From: Vampirovibrio chlorellavorus
Lineage (GTDB): Bacteria; Cyanobacteriota; Vampirovibrionia; Vampirovibrionales; Vampirovibrionaceae
Direction of reading: 5' to 3'
Assembly (NCBI RefSeq): GCF_003149375.1
Contig: NZ_QFWH01000001.1
Location: forward strand, 291,593-355,592
DNA: 64,000 nucleotides
Shown in pieces: positions 61,438 through 64,000 of the stretch. The translations under genes and the position numbers were made by a program. The notes under the pieces were generated by a model. The model had not been told where the DNA came from, searched no databases, and was given only the letters and a program-made list of their open reading frames with translations. How positions within the stretch are numbered: position 1 is the first letter of the stretch; each line of letters begins with the position of its first letter.

Positions 61438-61974
61438 TTGATGATTCGCACTATGTCTACCACACAAATTGTTTGCTTTTCCGACAGCTTGAAGCAACTG
61501 AAACGGCGCAAGGCCATGAAGTACTTCCACGAGGGGTACCGGGCCCAGTTGCAGCGGGATTACTACAAGGCCATTGAAAAGTACCAGGAGTCCATTGAGG
61601 TCTACCCGACGGCAGAAGCCCACACTTTTTTGGGCTGGACCTACAGTTTTTTAGGCGAGCTGGAAAATGCCATTGAAGAATGTCAGCGGGCTATTGAAGT
61701 GGATCCTGATTTTGGTAATTCCTACAACGATATTGGCGCTTACCTCATTGCCAAAGGGAAGTATCAGGAGGCGGTGCCTTACTTGCAGCAGGCGTTGAAG
61801 GCCAAGCGCTACCGGGCCTATCATTTTGCCCACTTTAATCTGGGTCGGGCCAAAGAGTATCAGGGTGATATTATCAACGCCCTGCGTCACTACAAACAGG
61901 CCCTGGAGCTTGAACCCCGCTATCTGATTGCCTATAAGGCCATTGAGCATCTGAAAAAGTTTACGCTGAACTAG
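61438..61974 (+). CDS. TPR-repeat protein
   Basis: Three to four TPR units (AIEKYQESIEVYP ... AYHFAHFNLGRAKEYQGD). Confidence 0.55.
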   Translation: MMIRTMSTTQIVCFSDSLKQLKRRKAMKYFHEGYRAQLQRDYYKAIEKYQESIEVYPTAEAHTFLGWTYSFLGELENAIEECQRAIEVDPDFGNSYNDIGAYLIAKGKYQEAVPYLQQALKAKRYRAYHFAHFNLGRAKEYQGDIINALRHYKQALELEPRYLIAYKAIEHLKKFTLN

Positions 61975-62064
61975 ACAGGCGCTTTGCAGACTGTTATCCA
62001 GAGGCCGGAAATCCTTCAAAATAGGGTATGATAGTTAGCGTTTTGGGACTATGTGTTTTAGGGC

Positions 62065-63387
62065 ATGGGCTTTTTATCCCGATTGATTTATAACATTCTG
62101 CTTTGCCTCGGACTGGTCATCCTGAGTCCACTATGGCTGGCCTATTTGGCTAGCGTGCCCAAGGCCCGGGCTGGGCTCAAGCCCAAGCTGGGGCTTTACA
62201 CGGATGAACTTAAGAGCCAGCTGAGCCGAAAAGCCAAGCCCCGTTTGTGGTTTCACGCCGTTTCCGTGGGTGAGTTTAACGCCATTAAAACGCTGATTCC
62301 CCACTTGAGTGAGCGCTATGACGTGGTGATTTCCACCACCACGCAAACCGGGCAGGATTTGGCCTTGCGAACCTTTCCCCAGCTGATAGTCCTGTATTTC
62401 CCGTATGATTTTCCCTGGGTGATTACGAGGGTTCTTCGCTACATTCAGCCCGATTTGGTTGTTCTCACGGAAACCGAACTATGGCCTAATTTTATCCATG
62501 AGGTCACCCGGGTACGGGGTGTGCCCCTGATTTTGATCAATGGCCGCTTGTCGCAGCGCTCCTTTAAAAGTTATCAGTGGATTACGCCGCTCATCAAGCC
62601 CTGTCTGCATGAGGTGACGCACCTGTACATGCAATCTCAGGCCGATGCCGATCGCATGGTGCGCTTGGGGCAGCTGGCCCCGGAGCAGTGGACGGTGGCG
62701 GGGAATTTGAAGTTTGATCTCATTCCCACTGTGGATGAGGATAAGCAGGCGCAATTGGCTCACCTGCTCAATATTCATCGGGGGGATACGGTACTGACCT
62801 TTGCCAGTACACACTCCGGGGAGGACTTGCCTTTGCTGGAGAGTTACCTGAGCCTGAAAAAAGATTTCCCGGAACTCAAGCTCATTCTGGCCCCTCGTCA
62901 CCCGGAGCGTTTGGCCGAAATTAAAACCATTCTGAATAATAAGGCGGTTGCTTATGCGGTGCGCAGTCAGCTATCCGCAACCCATCCCAATCAGCAGGAC
63001 GTTTTGGTGCTGGATTCGATTGGGGAATTGCTGACCGTGTACAGCCTGTCCAGCATTGCGGTGATGGGGGGGAGCTTCATCGAACGGGGTGGGCAAAACC
63101 CCTTGGAGCCTCTTAGTCAGGGCATTCCCGTTATTTTTGGCCCGCACATGCACAATTTTAGTGAAATCAGCCGATTGGTGATAGAAGGTGGGGCGGGGAC
63201 TCAGGTTCATACGCAGGATGAGCTGATCAACGCCGTGACCAGTTTGCTGACCCAGCCCGAAATTTACCAGATGGTTTCCGAAAAGGGATTGCAGCTCATC
63301 GAAAACAACCGGGGGGCCAAAGCCATTATTCTGAAAGCCATTGAGAACCACTTGCCTGCTGAAAGACTCCGGGAAAGCATTCCCTGA
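62065..63387 (+). CDS. waaA: 3-deoxy-D-manno-octulosonic acid (Kdo) transferase
   Basis: N-terminal membrane anchor then WFHAVSVGEFNAIKTLIPHL and the GT30 fold. 440 aa. Confidence 0.8.
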   Translation: MGFLSRLIYNILLCLGLVILSPLWLAYLASVPKARAGLKPKLGLYTDELKSQLSRKAKPRLWFHAVSVGEFNAIKTLIPHLSERYDVVISTTTQTGQDLALRTFPQLIVLYFPYDFPWVITRVLRYIQPDLVVLTETELWPNFIHEVTRVRGVPLILINGRLSQRSFKSYQWITPLIKPCLHEVTHLYMQSQADADRMVRLGQLAPEQWTVAGNLKFDLIPTVDEDKQAQLAHLLNIHRGDTVLTFASTHSGEDLPLLESYLSLKKDFPELKLILAPRHPERLAEIKTILNNKAVAYAVRSQLSATHPNQQDVLVLDSIGELLTVYSLSSIAVMGGSFIERGGQNPLEPLSQGIPVIFGPHMHNFSEISRLVIEGGAGTQVHTQDELINAVTSLLTQPEIYQMVSEKGLQLIENNRGAKAIILKAIENHLPAERLRESIP

Positions 63388-63533
63388 CCGGCGGTTGCTC
63401 CGATCCGCTGGCCCAGATAAATCTTGCGGCCATGTGCAGACTGGGGGAGGGTGTTGCAAATCAGGGGAGATAAATCTCCCAACTTTGGTTAAACTAGGGG
63501 TATCGTTTCAAGCGGAGCATGAGGGGAGTTTTT

Positions 63534-64000
63534 ATGGCCATGACCGAAGCAGCGCACACTGTCGCCTTAACCGGAGCGCCCACCGGCACGCAAAAAGTCT
63601 GCAAATCCTGGCTGACGGAAGCGGCCTATCGCATGCTGCTGAACAATCTGGATCCGGCGGTGGCCGAAGATCCCCAAGCGCTGGTGGTCTATGGCGGCAC
63701 GGGTAAGGCGGCCCGCAACCCGGCCTGTCTGGCCAAAATTCTGGAGACCCTGAAAACGCTGGAAAACGATGAAACCCTGCTGGTACAATCCGGCAAACCG
63801 GTGGGCGTCATGAAGTCTCACCCCGATGCGCCCCGGGTGCTGATCGCCAATTCCAATCTGGTGCCCGCCTGGGCCAACTGGGAGCAGTTTCGGGAATATG
63901 AGCGCATGGGCCTGACCATGTACGGTCAAATGACCGCCGGAAGCTGGATTTACATTGGCAGCCAAGGCATTGTGCAAGGCACGTACCTTACTTTTGCCGA
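63534..64000 (+). CDS. hutU: urocanate hydratase, 5' fragment truncated by the window end
   Basis: RBS GAGGGGAG then [12 protein letters not shown] ... [12 protein letters not shown] ... [19 protein letters not shown] ... [23 protein letters not shown] are urocanase hallmarks. There is no stop within the window. Confidence 0.8.
   Translation, partial: MAMTEAAHTVALTGAPTGTQKVCKSWLTEAAYRMLLNNLDPAVAEDPQALVVYGGTGKAARNPACLAKILETLKTLENDETLLVQSGKPVGVMKSHPDAPRVLIANSNLVPAWANWEQFREYERMGLTMYGQMTAGSWIYIGSQGIVQGTYLTFA

Noticed and set aside
1-64000. Searched for CRISPR arrays, rRNA genes, intact IS elements and integrases
   Set aside because: I saw no regularly spaced short repeats, no rRNA-like conserved stretches and no transposase or integrase ORFs. 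The only tRNA found is tRNA-Arg, together with its 3' fragment.

Overview
This 64-kb window comes from a bacterial chromosome of roughly 55-60% GC and is almost entirely coding. Three things point to the cyanobacterial lineage. First, rpoC is split into rpoC1 and rpoC2 directly after rplJ-rplL-rpoB. Second, glnA carries an NtcA-type GTA-N8-TAC promoter element. Third, the window holds GH57 glycogen enzymes and an AMIN-domain AmiC-type amidase. It also encodes a flagellar chaperone (FliS), an Flp-type pilin, PilT and cytochrome bd oxidase. My inference is a non-photosynthetic relative of Cyanobacteria (Vampirovibrionia, Melainabacteria or Sericytochromatia type) or an unusual cyanobacterium, but I cannot prove this from sequence alone. 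Core genes, in order: cydAB, queD, rsfS-yqeK, a ymdB-like phosphoesterase, recA, an AIM24 protein, two GH57 enzymes, an Slt-type lytic transglycosylase, a BcsA-like synthase with three PilZ domains followed by a BcsC-like TPR/porin, glnA, serS overlapping pilT, amiC-like, murI, a histidine kinase with a NarL-type regulator, mazG, nrnA, a HAL/PAL-family ammonia lyase, fur, rplJ, rplL, rpoB, rpoC1, rpoC2, waaA and the 5' end of hutU. The accessory stretch runs from about 41.5 to 50.8 kb. It holds a 609-aa Gly/Pro-repeat secreted protein encoded by 42-bp tandem DNA repeats. A Fur-family repressor sits beside a perfect 9-1-9 palindrome in front of a three-gene operon that ends in a His/Cys-rich protein. 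A tRNA-Arg(UCU) has a 45-bp direct repeat of its 3' half bracketing a low-GC hipBA islet that has no integrase. The same stretch holds an Flp pilin, a RelE-family toxin pair and fliS with a FliT-like ORF and a stand-alone CheY-like receiver. I saw no CRISPR array, rRNA gene or intact transposase. The strongest candidates for something new are the tRNA-flanked hipBA islet, the Fur-palindrome operon of unknown function, the BcsA/BcsC locus without BcsB, and the repeat-rich secreted protein.
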